Shown one piece after another: positions 1-11,890 of a stretch of DNA of 64,000 nt. The position numbers and the translations under genes are program-made. Within the stretch, counting starts at the first letter, position 1, and each line of letters opens with the position of its first letter. Under the pieces are notes generated by a model. It worked only from the letters and a program-made list of their open reading frames with translations. It was not told where the DNA came from and made no database searches. Source of the DNA: Escherichia coli (GTDB lineage Bacteria > Pseudomonadota > Gammaproteobacteria > Enterobacterales > Enterobacteriaceae); the NCBI RefSeq assembly GCF_044324785.1, contig NZ_CP172127.1; one strand, given 5' to 3'.

Positions 1-1
1 T

Positions 2-244
2 TTGACTATCGATCCAGAAAGTAAAGGGATTCGGATTATCACGCTGCGTTCGCCGCTGTATGTGCGTGGGACATTTAAAAATCCGCAGGCTGGGGTGAAA
101 GCCGGGCCGTTGATTGCCCGTGGTGCTGTTGCGGCGGCACTGGCAACGCTGGTAACACCGGCGGCGGCGTTACTGGCGCTGATCTCTCCTTCCGAAGGGG
201 AGGCTAATCAGTGTCGGACGATTTTGTTGCAGATGAAGAAGTGA
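2..244 (+). CDS. yhjG: 3' end of a gene running into the window; probably the AsmA-family protein YhjG C-terminus (partial, 5' end outside window)
   Basis: Open frame from window edge to TGA at 242-244, convergent with yhjE as in E. coli gene order; protein identity recalled from context, not verified. Confidence 0.45.
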   Translation: MTIDPESKGIRIITLRSPLYVRGTFKNPQAGVKAGPLIARGAVAAALATLVTPAAALLALISPSEGEANQCRTILLQMKK

Positions 245-250
245 TGATAA

Positions 251-413
251 TTGCCGGATGTCTGACATCCGGCAATTAAACAGATTTAGAGTGTTGGCAA
301 AGTGTGCTTTGTTCATGCCGGATGTGACGTGAACGCTTTATCCGTCCAACAAATCCTTGCGAATTCAATATATTGTATGGAAATTCAGGCCTGATAAGCG
401 TAGCGCATCAGGC
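251..413. repeat. REP-like palindromic units in the convergent yhjG/yhjE intergenic region
   Basis: Hairpin ttgccggatgtctgacatccggcaa at 251-275 and REP-like palindrome gcctgataagcgtagcgcatcaggc at 389-413. Confidence 0.4.
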
Positions 414-425
414 TTTTCACTCTTA

Positions 426-1748
426 TTACAACGATTGATGTCGCGTCTCATGGGTCAGCAGTAGGGCGATTAAGGTCAAGCCAGCCATCGCCGCCAGATA
501 TAACCCCACCGCACCTAACCCGTAGTTAGTCTGCAACCAGGCTGCGATATACGGCGCAACGGAAGCCCCGAGAATCGACGCTACGTTGTAAGAGAATGAT
601 GCTCCGGTGTAACGCACTTCTGTCGGGAACAGCTCTGGTAACAGCGCGCCCATCGGCCCGAAGGTCAGCCCCATCAGACTTAACCCCAGCAGCAGGAAGG
701 CAAAAACCAGAATCGGGTTGCCAGAACCGAGCAGCGGGTTAAAGGCGAACAGCGCGAACAGGATGATCAGCGTGGTGATAATTACCATGCTTTTACGGCG
801 ACCAAAGGCATCAGCCAGTAATCCGGCGACTGGCACCATCACGCCAAAACCAATAACTGCCATCATCAGCATCCACAACACTTCGTTACGCGGCAGGCCA
901 AGCCCAACTGGCGCAGCGGCGGTACTAAAGGTCATGGAGTAGACCGTCATGATGTAAAACAGCGTATAGGTTGCCAGCATGATGAAGGTACCGAGCACCG
1001 TGACGCGAACATGTTTGGTCAGCAGCGTACCCAGCGGGATCTTCACCTGTTTTTTCGCTTTAGCGACTTTCTCAAACACCGGCGACTCATGCAGCGACAC
1101 GCGAACATACAGGCCGATAATGACCAGCACCGCTGAGAAGATAAATGGCACACGCCAGCCCCAGCTCATAAACTGCTCGTCGGTCAGTAGCCAGGAAAGC
1201 AGTAAGAAAGTGCCGTTGGCAAAGAAGAAGCCAATCGGTGCGCCCAGCTGCGGGAAGGAGCCGTACAATGCACGTTTGCGCGGTGGGGCGTTTTCAGTCG
1301 CCAGCAGCGCCGCGCCGCCCCATTCACCGCCTAAGCCCAGACCCTGACCAAATCGAGCCAGTGCCAGCAGCAGCGGGGCGAAAATACCAATCGTGGCATA
1401 GCCCGGCAGCAGACCAATCACCACGGTCGAAATCCCCATCGTTAGCAACGAGGCGACCAGCGTCGCTTTACGCCCAACGCGATCGCCAAAATGACCAAAG
1501 ACGGCAGAGCCAATAGGGCGCGCGACGAAGGCGATGGCGAAGGTGGCAAGCGACTGTAGCGTTGCTGCCGTAGGATCGCCCTGCGGGAAGAAGATATGCG
1601 GAAACACAATAACGGCCGCAGTGGCGTAAATATAAAAGTCGAAGAACTCAATGGCCGTGCCAATGAGAGAGGCGACAAGGACTTTATTACGCGAGTTGAT
1701 CGGCGTGTATTCTTGCTCGTGGTCGAGTGTTGTGGCTGTTGCTTGCAT
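426..1748 (-). CDS. yhjE: MFS-family transporter YhjE (440 aa)
   Basis: Full-length ORF, multi-TM hydrophobic profile, recognised YhjE sequence and position next to yhjD. Confidence 0.9.
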   Translation of the reverse strand: MQATATTLDHEQEYTPINSRNKVLVASLIGTAIEFFDFYIYATAAVIVFPHIFFPQGDPTAATLQSLATFAIAFVARPIGSAVFGHFGDRVGRKATLVASLLTMGISTVVIGLLPGYATIGIFAPLLLALARFGQGLGLGGEWGGAALLATENAPPRKRALYGSFPQLGAPIGFFFANGTFLLLSWLLTDEQFMSWGWRVPFIFSAVLVIIGLYVRVSLHESPVFEKVAKAKKQVKIPLGTLLTKHVRVTVLGTFIMLATYTLFYIMTVYSMTFSTAAAPVGLGLPRNEVLWMLMMAVIGFGVMVPVAGLLADAFGRRKSMVIITTLIILFALFAFNPLLGSGNPILVFAFLLLGLSLMGLTFGPMGALLPELFPTEVRYTGASFSYNVASILGASVAPYIAAWLQTNYGLGAVGLYLAAMAGLTLIALLLTHETRHQSL

Positions 1749-2140
1749 AATCTTTTCTTATTTTTTGGCTAACGAATAGCCATATTACGCACAGCAAAAG
1801 TGATATTTCAATGTGTAACAAATCGCGGAAATGGTCAAAGATCAGGCAAAAAGGGGATAATGTTTAGGCCAGTGATTTTTCTTCTATGAAATGCTTCACA
1901 TAATTTTATAAATGGTGGATAAAACTGGTTTCAGGTTAAATAAAAGTTACCAACTGGATTTATATGCTGGGGTTATGAGTTGGAATGAAATTGTTTGCTC
2001 CTGAAGAGGATGTAGTTTCAGGTGGTTATGTGCATGTCGTTGCCTGGTCTCTGGCTGGCTTGTACCCCCTCACCCTAATCCTCTCCCCGAAGGGGCGAGG
2101 GGATCGACCGTGCGTTTATCAGGCATTATAACTCATTGAA

Positions 2141-3154
2141 TTACCGCTGCGTTTTCCCCGGCATTCGCGGGTCGTCTTTATATTCGGCGGTGGCAATCCA
2201 CGCCGCGCAAAACAGCGTCAAACGGGCGAAGAAGTAGAAAAATGCCATCAGCCCCAGCACGGAACCAAATGCTGCGCCAGAGGGGGATTTCATCAGCGAT
2301 GGCAGGGTGTAGGTCATCACGATTTTAATCACTTCAAAACCAATCGCAGCCAGAAATGTTCCGCGAATCAGGGCTTTTTTGCGCGGACGGTGGCGCGGCA
2401 AGCGCCAGAAGATCCAGAAGAAAAGCAGATAGTTGGCGAAGATGGAAATCGCCAGGCCAATCAACCGCCACGTCGGTTTCAGCCACTCAATGCTGTTCAG
2501 GTGCAGGGCGCTAATAATCATTTGCTGCGCCGAACCGGCAACCGAGGTGATCGAAAGCGTCACAATCAGTGCAATCAACAAACCAATCAGCGAAATAAAA
2601 TCACGCAGATATTTTACCCAGAACTTCTCCTGATCTTGCGGCGAGCGTTCCCAGACATCGCGTGACTGGGCGCGAATCGCTTCACGCAGGTTACCCATCC
2701 AGTTGATGCCGGAATAAAGCGCCACCGCCAGGCCGACAAGCCCTACGGTAGTACGCTGCTGAACGGCGGTGTTGATGGTGTTTTTCAACGTGGCGGCTAG
2801 CGTCGGATCGCTGATGTTTTGCAGAATTTTGTCGAAGATATCCTGTAGCAACATCGGATGGGAGGCCAGCACAAAGCCCCCTGCGGCAAACGACACCATC
2901 AAAATCGGGATCATCGACAAAAATGAGAAATAGGTGATAGCCGCACCAAACTGGTTACCCAGCCGATCGTTAAAGCGCTCTGTTGCGCGAATCAGGTGCG
3001 CAATAACCGGTTGGCGTTGGACTTTCTCGGCAGTAGTGGTGACGGTTTCCAGCGCCTGGCTAACTTTGCCGCCTTTCTCGCTATTATCCAACTGCTTAAT
3101 CGGCTCGTGCTCCAGATCCTGGGTGGGACGTTTGATCTCGTTTTCCTGCGTCAT
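2141..3154 (-). CDS. yhjD: Inner membrane protein YhjD (YihY/BrkB-like family)
   Basis: 337-aa ORF with hydrophobic TM segments; conserved E. coli gene order yhjE-yhjD-yhjC. Confidence 0.85.
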   Translation of the reverse strand: MTQENEIKRPTQDLEHEPIKQLDNSEKGGKVSQALETVTTTAEKVQRQPVIAHLIRATERFNDRLGNQFGAAITYFSFLSMIPILMVSFAAGGFVLASHPMLLQDIFDKILQNISDPTLAATLKNTINTAVQQRTTVGLVGLAVALYSGINWMGNLREAIRAQSRDVWERSPQDQEKFWVKYLRDFISLIGLLIALIVTLSITSVAGSAQQMIISALHLNSIEWLKPTWRLIGLAISIFANYLLFFWIFWRLPRHRPRKKALIRGTFLAAIGFEVIKIVMTYTLPSLMKSPSGAAFGSVLGLMAFFYFFARLTLFCAAWIATAEYKDDPRMPGKTQR

Positions 3155-3202
3155 CCGCTCTTTTGTCCTTCTGTCGTGGTCATTCTTAAAAAGTATAGTC
3201 GG

Positions 3203-4102
3203 TCAGTCCAGGTGCTCTTTCATTACGCCAGCCAGCCACTGCATAAACAGGTTTACACGCCGGGAAAGCTCCCGACGCTGCGGATAAATCAGCGAAAGGG
3301 AGAGCGGCTCGGCACGATAGCCAGGTAATACTTCAATAAGCCTCCCGGCACGCAGGGCTTCGCGCACGGCAATGCGCGGGATCTGAATAATCCCCAGACC
3401 GGCAAGACCGGCGGCGAGATAGTTTTCGCTACTGTTTACCGTCAACATGCCGCCAGACTTAAACCACTGGACGCCATTAACGCTGGCAACCTCAAAACCT
3501 AACGGATGTACACCCAGGTGCGGTGTGTAACGCACTATTGCGTGCGAAGTCAGATCGTCGGGGCTTTGCGGATAACCAAAGCGCGTCAGATAGTGCGGAC
3601 TGGCACAGTTGACCATGGTCAGTTTGCCGAGGGGACGGGCGATAACGCCATCTTCCGGTAACGCGCCAGTGCGTATCACGCAATCAAAACCATCATGAAG
3701 AATATCTACCGGACGGTCATGGCTACTCAGTTCCAGCTCAATTCCCGGATGCAGATAGAGAAATTCCGACAGGCGCGGCAGTAACAGGCTTTTCGCGATT
3801 CCTGGCGGGATGTCGATGCGTAATTTACCGCTGATACTGGTGGCATCCTGTTGAAACAGACCGTCCAGTTCGTTGAGATTACTCAACACATCTTTTGCCC
3901 GTTGATAATAGGTCATGCCTTCTGGCGTGAGTTTGACCCGTCGCGTAGTGCGCTGGAGAAGCTGGGTGCCAAGTTGATGTTCCAGTGCCTGTATCTGGCG
4001 CGAAACACTTCCCTTTGGCAAAGCAAAGAAATCCGCCGCGCGGGAAAAACTTTCCAGCTCCGCGACTTTGATGAACAACTGCATTGCGTGAATTTTATCC
4101 AT
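3203..4102 (-). CDS. yhjC: LysR-family transcriptional regulator YhjC (299 aa)
   Basis: N-terminal LysR-type HTH (MDKIHAMQLFIKVAELESFSRAA...); ORF-track start at 4174 trimmed to the MDKIH start. Confidence 0.85.
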   Translation of the reverse strand: MDKIHAMQLFIKVAELESFSRAADFFALPKGSVSRQIQALEHQLGTQLLQRTTRRVKLTPEGMTYYQRAKDVLSNLNELDGLFQQDATSISGKLRIDIPPGIAKSLLLPRLSEFLYLHPGIELELSSHDRPVDILHDGFDCVIRTGALPEDGVIARPLGKLTMVNCASPHYLTRFGYPQSPDDLTSHAIVRYTPHLGVHPLGFEVASVNGVQWFKSGGMLTVNSSENYLAAGLAGLGIIQIPRIAVREALRAGRLIEVLPGYRAEPLSLSLIYPQRRELSRRVNLFMQWLAGVMKEHLD

Positions 4103-4622
4103 TTCTTTGACCGATTGTTGTTCACAGCGAAACAGTAACGCGCATATCGCATTGTTTATTGTTTTTTCTAACATCTAATGCCGGGTTTCACAATGTTGTC
4201 ATGACGAATGTGGCGATTTCTCAGTAGGAAAAGGGCGGAATAGCTTTATGAGAAAGGTGAATTTCCCTAAACAGAGCGTTTTTTTTCAGCGATTCCCTTT
4301 AAAGTGAACAGAGGACGTGTTGGCTATTTGTGCTTATTTTTGTCTCATTGCCATTTGTTATTTTTGCTTGTGGTCGCGGAATTTCATTTTTAATTGCATG
4401 CGTACTAACCATCAATATAAGGAAATCCTCAAAATTGTTTTAAATAGTGCCCTCGACATGTAATTTCAGGCGTTTAGCTGTAACGATTTATATCGGTAAC
4501 TATTTTCTACGCGTCATCTCTGTAGAATGGCCACCGCCAAATGGCGAATTCTTATTTTTTCTCGCGGGTAATACCCTTCCACTACTTAAGTCTTTTTAAC
4601 GTATTCAGGTGGAGATTCAGTT

Positions 4623-5225
4623 ATGCAAATAGTCATGTTTGACAGGCAGTCAATATTTATTCATGGAATGAAAATCAGTTTACAGCAACGTATTCCAGGA
4701 GTGAGTATTCAGGGGGCCAGTCAGGCAGATGAGTTATGGCAAAAGCTGGAAAGTTACCCTGAAGCCTTAGTGATGCTCGATGGCGATCAGGATGGTGAGT
4801 TTTGCTACTGGTTGCTGCAAAAAACCGTGGTGCAATTTCCTGAGATTAAGGTGTTAATCACGGCGACGGATTGCAACAAACGGTGGTTACAGGAAGTTAT
4901 CCATTTTAATGTTCTGGCCATTGTGCCTCGTGATTCAACCGTTGAGACATTTGCGTTGGCGGTAAATAGTGCGGCGATGGGGATGATGTTTCTGCCTGGA
5001 GACTGGCGAACGACGCCGGAAAAGGACATTAAAGATCTCAAATCGTTAAGCGCCCGCCAGCGGGAGATTTTAACCATGTTAGCGGCGGGCGAATCAAATA
5101 AGGAGATCGGCAGGGCGCTGAATATCAGTACCGGAACGGTAAAAGCGCATCTGGAATCCCTTTATCGCCGTCTGGAAGTGAAAAATCGCACCCAGGCGGC
5201 AATGATGTTAAATATCTCCTCCTGA
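4623..5225 (+). CDS. yhjB: LuxR-family regulator YhjB (receiver-like N-domain plus C-terminal LuxR HTH)
   Basis: 200-aa ORF; C-terminal LuxR HTH signature (LSARQREILTMLAAGESNKEIGRALNISTGTVKAH). Confidence 0.85.
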   Translation: MQIVMFDRQSIFIHGMKISLQQRIPGVSIQGASQADELWQKLESYPEALVMLDGDQDGEFCYWLLQKTVVQFPEIKVLITATDCNKRWLQEVIHFNVLAIVPRDSTVETFALAVNSAAMGMMFLPGDWRTTPEKDIKDLKSLSARQREILTMLAAGESNKEIGRALNISTGTVKAHLESLYRRLEVKNRTQAAMMLNISS

Positions 5226-5275
5226 AGAGGATAATTTTACAGCCAGCAGGAAGTTAGCGGCTGGCTGTAAAAATA

Positions 5276-6955
<1,680 letters not shown>

Positions 6956-7208
6956 TTATCGGGCTTTTATTTAAGGGTAGTCATTCGCTCCGCCTGGTGG
7001 GCGACAAACCGTGCGGTGGATCACGTTTATTAACCTGTCAAAAAATATAACGCACTAATATCCATGGAATTTATAAAAATACAGATTTCGTGTTGTTTTT
7101 CATTTTCAGAACATTCAATCCTGCTCTCGCCGCAATCATGATATGCCATTCCTGATCTGGGTAATAGGCACAGGCTATCTTATTGATAGTTTATATTCAT
7201 GTAATTGA

Positions 7209-7222
7209 TTGATTCCTATCAA
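7209..7222. promoter_or_regulatory. FNR-type box TTGAT-N4-ATCAA upstream of yhjA
   Basis: Exact palindrome ttgattcctatcaa about 110 bp upstream of the yhjA start; yhjA is known to be FNR/OxyR controlled. Confidence 0.5.
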
Positions 7223-7329
7223 AAAGCGTATTTCCCTGTTTTTTATGATGGCTTTGTCTCGCAGAGACGTTTGCAGCATTCTGGAAAATTTTCTGGGTCA
7301 CAATAACTCACCACCGTGAGGGAAGAATA

Positions 7330-8727
7330 ATGAAAATGGTCTCACGTATTACCGCGATCGGCCTGGCTGGCGTCGCGATTTGCTATTTAGGGTTATCTGG
7401 TTATGTGTGGTACCACGATAATAAACGCAGTAAACAGGCTGATGTTCAGGCATCTGCTGTCAGTGAAAATAATAAGGTTTTAGGCTTTCTCCGCGAAAAA
7501 GGATGCGACTATTGCCACACGCCTTCGGCAGAATTACCCGCCTATTATTATATTCCTGGCGCGAAACAGTTGATGGATTACGACATTAAGCTTGGATATA
7601 AATCTTTTAACCTCGAGGCCGTGCGTGCGGCTCTGCTGGCTGATAAACCCGTTTCGCAAAGCGATCTGAATAAGATTGAATGGGTGATGCAGTATGAAAC
7701 CATGCCACCAACGCGTTATACCGCGCTACACTGGGCGGGTAAGGTGAGTGATGAAGAGCGGGCGGAAATACTCGCCTGGATTGCAAAACAGCGTGCGGAA
7801 TATTACGCCAGCAATGACATTGCTCCGGAGCATCGCAATGAACCGGTGCAGCCCATCCCGCAAAAACTGCCTACCGATGCGCAAAAAGTGGCGTTGGGCT
7901 TTGCGCTGTATCACGATCCCCGTTTATCGGCTGATAGCACCATTTCATGCGCTCATTGCCATGCGTTGAATGCGGGGGGCGTCGATGGCAGAAAAACATC
8001 GATTGGTGTTGGTGGCGCAGTGGGGCCGATTAACGCGCCGACGGTATTTAACTCAGTATTTAACGTTGAGCAGTTCTGGGATGGTCGTGCGGCAACATTG
8101 CAGGATCAGGCTGGTGGACCGCCGTTGAATCCGATTGAAATGGCGTCGAAATCCTGGGACGAAATTATTGCTAAGCTGGAAAAAGATCCGCAGCTTAAAG
8201 CGCAGTTCCTTGAAGTCTATCCGCAAGGTTTCAGTGGCGAAAATATTACTGATGCCATTGCTGAATTTGAGAAAACATTAATTACGCCGGATTCCCCATT
8301 TGATAAATGGTTGCGTGGAGATGAGAATGCGCTGACGGCACAACAGAAAAAAGGCTATCAATTATTTAAAGATAATAAATGTGCAACTTGTCATGGTGGT
8401 ATTATTCTCGGCGGACGTTCCTTCGAACCGTTGGGGCTGAAAAAAGACTTTAACTTTGGTGAAATTACGGCGGCGGATATTGGTCGTATGAATGTTACTA
8501 AAGAAGAGCGCGATAAATTGCGTCAGAAAGTACCCGGTTTACGTAACGTTGCACTAACGGCACCGTACTTCCATCGCGGTGATGTGCCGACGCTGGACGG
8601 GGCGGTGAAACTGATGTTGCGCTATCAGGTAGGCAAAGAGCTGCCGCAGGAGGATGTGGATGATATCGTAGCTTTCCTGCACAGTCTGAACGGGGTTTAC
8701 ACGCCGTATATGCAGGATAAACAATAA
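7330..8727 (+). CDS. yhjA: Di-heme cytochrome c peroxidase YhjA/Ccp (465 aa)
   Basis: N-terminal TM anchor and heme-binding CxxCH motifs (CAHCH, CATCH) visible in translation. Confidence 0.9.
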   Translation: MKMVSRITAIGLAGVAICYLGLSGYVWYHDNKRSKQADVQASAVSENNKVLGFLREKGCDYCHTPSAELPAYYYIPGAKQLMDYDIKLGYKSFNLEAVRAALLADKPVSQSDLNKIEWVMQYETMPPTRYTALHWAGKVSDEERAEILAWIAKQRAEYYASNDIAPEHRNEPVQPIPQKLPTDAQKVALGFALYHDPRLSADSTISCAHCHALNAGGVDGRKTSIGVGGAVGPINAPTVFNSVFNVEQFWDGRAATLQDQAGGPPLNPIEMASKSWDEIIAKLEKDPQLKAQFLEVYPQGFSGENITDAIAEFEKTLITPDSPFDKWLRGDENALTAQQKKGYQLFKDNKCATCHGGIILGGRSFEPLGLKKDFNFGEITAADIGRMNVTKEERDKLRQKVPGLRNVALTAPYFHRGDVPTLDGAVKLMLRYQVGKELPQEDVDDIVAFLHSLNGVYTPYMQDKQ

Positions 8728-8838
8728 TTAATTTAATCGCCCGAACAGGAATGTTTGGGCGATTTTCATTACGATAATAAAGTCTGTTTTTAATATTATC
8801 ATGTTAAATGTTTATATTATAAAAAGTCGTTTTTCTGC

Positions 8839-8858
8839 TTAGGATTTTGTTATTTAAA
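8839..8858. promoter_or_regulatory. GAD box (GadE binding site) upstream of gadA
   Basis: Sequence ttaggattttgttatttaaa matches the recalled 20-bp gad box, about 80 bp upstream of the gadA start. Confidence 0.55.
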
Positions 8859-8937
8859 TTAAGCCTGTAATGCCTTGCTTCCATTGCGGATAAATCCTAC
8901 TTTTTTATTGCCTTCAAATAAATTTAAGGAGTTCGAA

Positions 8938-10338
8938 ATGGACCAGAAGCTGTTAACGGATTTCCGCTCAGAACTACTCGATTCACGTTTTGGCGCAAAG
9001 GCCATTTCTACTATCGCGGAGTCAAAACGATTTCCGCTGCATGAAATGCGCGATGATGTCGCATTCCAGATTATCAATGATGAATTATATCTTGATGGCA
9101 ACGCTCGTCAGAACCTGGCCACTTTTTGCCAGACCTGGGACGACGAAAACGTCCATAAATTGATGGATTTGTCGATCAATAAAAACTGGATCGACAAAGA
9201 AGAATATCCGCAATCTGCAGCCATCGACCTGCGTTGCGTAAACATGGTTGCCGATCTGTGGCATGCGCCTGCACCGAAAAATGGTCAGGCCGTTGGCACC
9301 AACACCATTGGTTCTTCCGAGGCCTGTATGCTCGGCGGGATGGCGATGAAATGGCGTTGGCGCAAGCGTATGGAAGCCGCAGGTAAGCCGACCAACAAAC
9401 CAAACCTGGTGTGCGGTCCGGTACAAATCTGCTGGCATAAATTCGCCCGCTACTGGGATGTGGAGCTGCGTGAGATCCCTATGCGCCCCGGTCAGTTGTT
9501 TATGGACCCGAAACGCATGATTGAAGCCTGCGACGAAAACACCATCGGCGTGGTGCCGACTTTCGGCGTGACCTACACCGGTAACTATGAGTTCCCGCAA
9601 CCGCTGCACGATGCGCTGGATAAATTCCAGGCCGACACCGGTATCGACATCGACATGCACATCGACGCTGCCAGCGGTGGCTTCCTGGCACCGTTCGTTG
9701 CCCCGGATATCGTCTGGGACTTCCGCCTGCCGCGTGTGAAATCGATCAGTGCTTCAGGCCATAAATTCGGTCTGGCTCCGCTGGGCTGCGGCTGGGTTAT
9801 CTGGCGTGATGAAGAAGCGCTGCCGCAGGAACTGGTGTTCAACGTTGACTACCTCGGTGGTCAGATTGGGACTTTCGCCATCAACTTCTCCCGCCCGGCG
9901 GGTCAGGTGATTGCACAGTACTATGAATTCCTGCGCCTTGGTCGTGAAGGCTATACCAAAGTACAGAACGCTTCCTACCAGGTTGCCGCTTATCTCGCGG
10001 ATGAAATCGCCAAACTGGGGCCGTATGAGTTCATCTGTACCGGTCGCCCGGACGAAGGCATCCCGGCGGTTTGCTTCAAACTGAAAGATGGTGAAGACCC
10101 GGGATACACCCTGTATGACCTCTCTGAACGTCTGCGTCTGCGCGGCTGGCAGGTTCCGGCCTTCACTCTCGGCGGTGAAGCCACTGACATCGTGGTGATG
10201 CGCATTATGTGTCGTCGCGGCTTCGAAATGGACTTTGCTGAACTGTTGCTGGAAGACTACAAAGCCTCCCTGAAATATCTCAGCGATCACCCGAAACTGC
10301 AGGGTATTGCCCAGCAGAACAGCTTTAAACACACCTGA
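8938..10338 (+). CDS. gadA: Glutamate decarboxylase GadA (466 aa, PLP-dependent)
   Basis: Start at [12 protein letters not shown] with AGGAG RBS at 8927-8931 (ORF-track start 8875 trimmed); PLP-lysine motif SGHKFG; gadA rather than gadB because gadX follows. Confidence 0.95.
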   Translation: MDQKLLTDFRSELLDSRFGAKAISTIAESKRFPLHEMRDDVAFQIINDELYLDGNARQNLATFCQTWDDENVHKLMDLSINKNWIDKEEYPQSAAIDLRCVNMVADLWHAPAPKNGQAVGTNTIGSSEACMLGGMAMKWRWRKRMEAAGKPTNKPNLVCGPVQICWHKFARYWDVELREIPMRPGQLFMDPKRMIEACDENTIGVVPTFGVTYTGNYEFPQPLHDALDKFQADTGIDIDMHIDAASGGFLAPFVAPDIVWDFRLPRVKSISASGHKFGLAPLGCGWVIWRDEEALPQELVFNVDYLGGQIGTFAINFSRPAGQVIAQYYEFLRLGREGYTKVQNASYQVAAYLADEIAKLGPYEFICTGRPDEGIPAVCFKLKDGEDPGYTLYDLSERLRLRGWQVPAFTLGGEATDIVVMRIMCRRGFEMDFAELLLEDYKASLKYLSDHPKLQGIAQQNSFKHT

Positions 10339-10357
10339 TAACATAACGTTGTAAAAA

Positions 10358-10401
10358 CCGAATGCCCAACCTTTAAAAAACAGTTGGGCATTCGGTTGCT
10401 T
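10358..10401 (+). terminator. Rho-independent terminator after gadA
   Basis: Stem ccgaatgcccaac / gttgggcattcgg followed by a T-rich tract. Confidence 0.6.
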
Positions 10402-10697
10402 ATTAATAGCAATAATATATTGGCTGTCTATTCATCGTGTTGATAAGATATATGTTATATGAATGTTTATTCAATGTAACGGATACTTCCAATGTCACGG
10501 CAAGGGATTATTTGCTTACTATTAATTTCACTGCGTTCTTAAGCACGCCTTTTGTATTATAAATCCAGTCATCCTGCCCGTAGATTATCATCCTGTTTTC
10601 CCGCTTCGTTTAAATTTATTTATCAATCAATTTGACTTAAGAGGGCGGCGTGCTACATTAATAAACAGTAATATGTTTATGTAATATTAAGCCAACT

Positions 10698-11522
10698 ATG
10701 CAATCACTACATGGGAATTGTCTAATTGCGTACGCAAGACATAAATATATTCTCACCATGGTTAATGGTGAATATCGCTATTTTAATGGCGGTGACCTGG
10801 TTTTTGCGGATGCAAGCCAAATTCGAGTAGATAAGTGTGTTGAACATTTCATATTAGTTTCAAGGGATACGCTTTCATTATTTCTCCCGATGCTCAAGGA
10901 GGAGGCATTAAAACTTCATGCACATAAAAAAGTTCCTTCATTACTCGTTCATCACTGTACCAGAGATATTCCTGTTTTTCAGGAAGTTGCGCAACTATCG
11001 CAGAATAAGAATCTTCGCTATGCAGAAACGCTACGTAAAAGAGCATTAATCTTTGCGCTGTTATCTGTTTTTCTGGAGGATGAGCAGTTTATACCGCTAC
11101 TTCTGAACGTTTTGCAACCGAACATGCGAACACGAGTTTGTACGGTTATCAATAATAATATCGCACATGAGTGGACACTAGCCCGAATCGCCAGCGAGCT
11201 GTTGATGAGTCCAAGCCTGTTAAAGAAAAAATTGCGCGAAGAAGAGACTTCATATTCACAGTTGCTTACTGAGTGTAGAATGCAACGTGCTTTGCAACTT
11301 ATTGTTATACATGGTTTTTCAATTAAGCGAGTTGCAGTGTCCTGTGGATATCACAGCGTGTCGTATTTCATTTACGTTTTTCGAAATTATTATGGGATGA
11401 CGCCCACAGAGTATCAGGAGCGATCAGCGCAGGGATTGCCGAACCGTGACTCGGCGGCAAGTATTGTTGCACAAGGGAATTTTTACGGCACTGACCGTTC
11501 TGCGGAAGGAATAAGATTGTAG
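10698..11522 (+). CDS. gadX: AraC-family acid-resistance regulator GadX (274 aa)
   Basis: C-terminal AraC-type HTH domain; AT-rich; position downstream of gadA. Confidence 0.9.
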   Translation: MQSLHGNCLIAYARHKYILTMVNGEYRYFNGGDLVFADASQIRVDKCVEHFILVSRDTLSLFLPMLKEEALKLHAHKKVPSLLVHHCTRDIPVFQEVAQLSQNKNLRYAETLRKRALIFALLSVFLEDEQFIPLLLNVLQPNMRTRVCTVINNNIAHEWTLARIASELLMSPSLLKKKLREEETSYSQLLTECRMQRALQLIVIHGFSIKRVAVSCGYHSVSYFIYVFRNYYGMTPTEYQERSAQGLPNRDSAASIVAQGNFYGTDRSAEGIRL

Positions 11523-11538
11523 AGTTTTACTCAGAGAT

Positions 11539-11644
11539 AAAAAAAACCCGGCATAGGGGACCGGGAAGAGGATAGTCTGCCGTCTCCAGACTAATAAACC
11601 GTTATAACACTCCCTGTTGGCACGGGAAACTTTGTGCTCTCAGT
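11539..11644 (-). ncRNA. gadY: GadY small RNA, antisense to the gadX 3' end
   Basis: Minus-strand sequence actgagagcacaaagtttcccgtgccaacaggg...cccggttttttt matches recalled GadY and ends in a hairpin plus U-run; ends approximate. Confidence 0.7.
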
Positions 11645-11890
11645 AAGTTAAATATAACTTTTACTGGAAATAAGATCAGCCATTTTTTTATAAACATAAG
11701 CTATACGCTGTGCGAAAATATATTCGTGCTGCATTTACTTATTATCAATTAACTGTTATGCAAAACTACTTTGTGGATAAATTTTGGTCCTACCAAATCT
11801 GGCAGTTTTTGCGCTAAGAAACAGTCTGGCATCATTTCATTAGTATACTGAAATTGAAATAATCGCAGTAATGAAATATAAGGGATAGTC

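Noticed and set aside
2078-2102. G/C-rich imperfect palindrome (cctctccccgaaggggcgagggg) downstream of yhjD as a terminator
   Set aside because: Pairing is imperfect and there is no adjacent U-run on the relevant strand; could be a REP or ERIC-like fragment; not confident enough to annotate
8875-8937. Upstream extension of gadA suggested by the ORF track (also gadE to 18221, slp to 31733, hdeB from 20205, rsmJ from 42575, yhhJ from 58752, yhjC to 4174, arsB to 36894, rlmJ to 40478, prlC from 40591)
   Set aside because: ORF-track starts are the most upstream possible start codons; recognised N-termini, RBS positions and avoidance of overlap with upstream genes support the shorter starts reported
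9085-9660. 191-aa minus-strand ORF inside gadA (and similar antisense ORFs at 9754-10344 and 9990-10205)
   Set aside because: Entirely embedded antisense to a well-supported, highly conserved gene; no RBS or independent signal; typical shadow ORF
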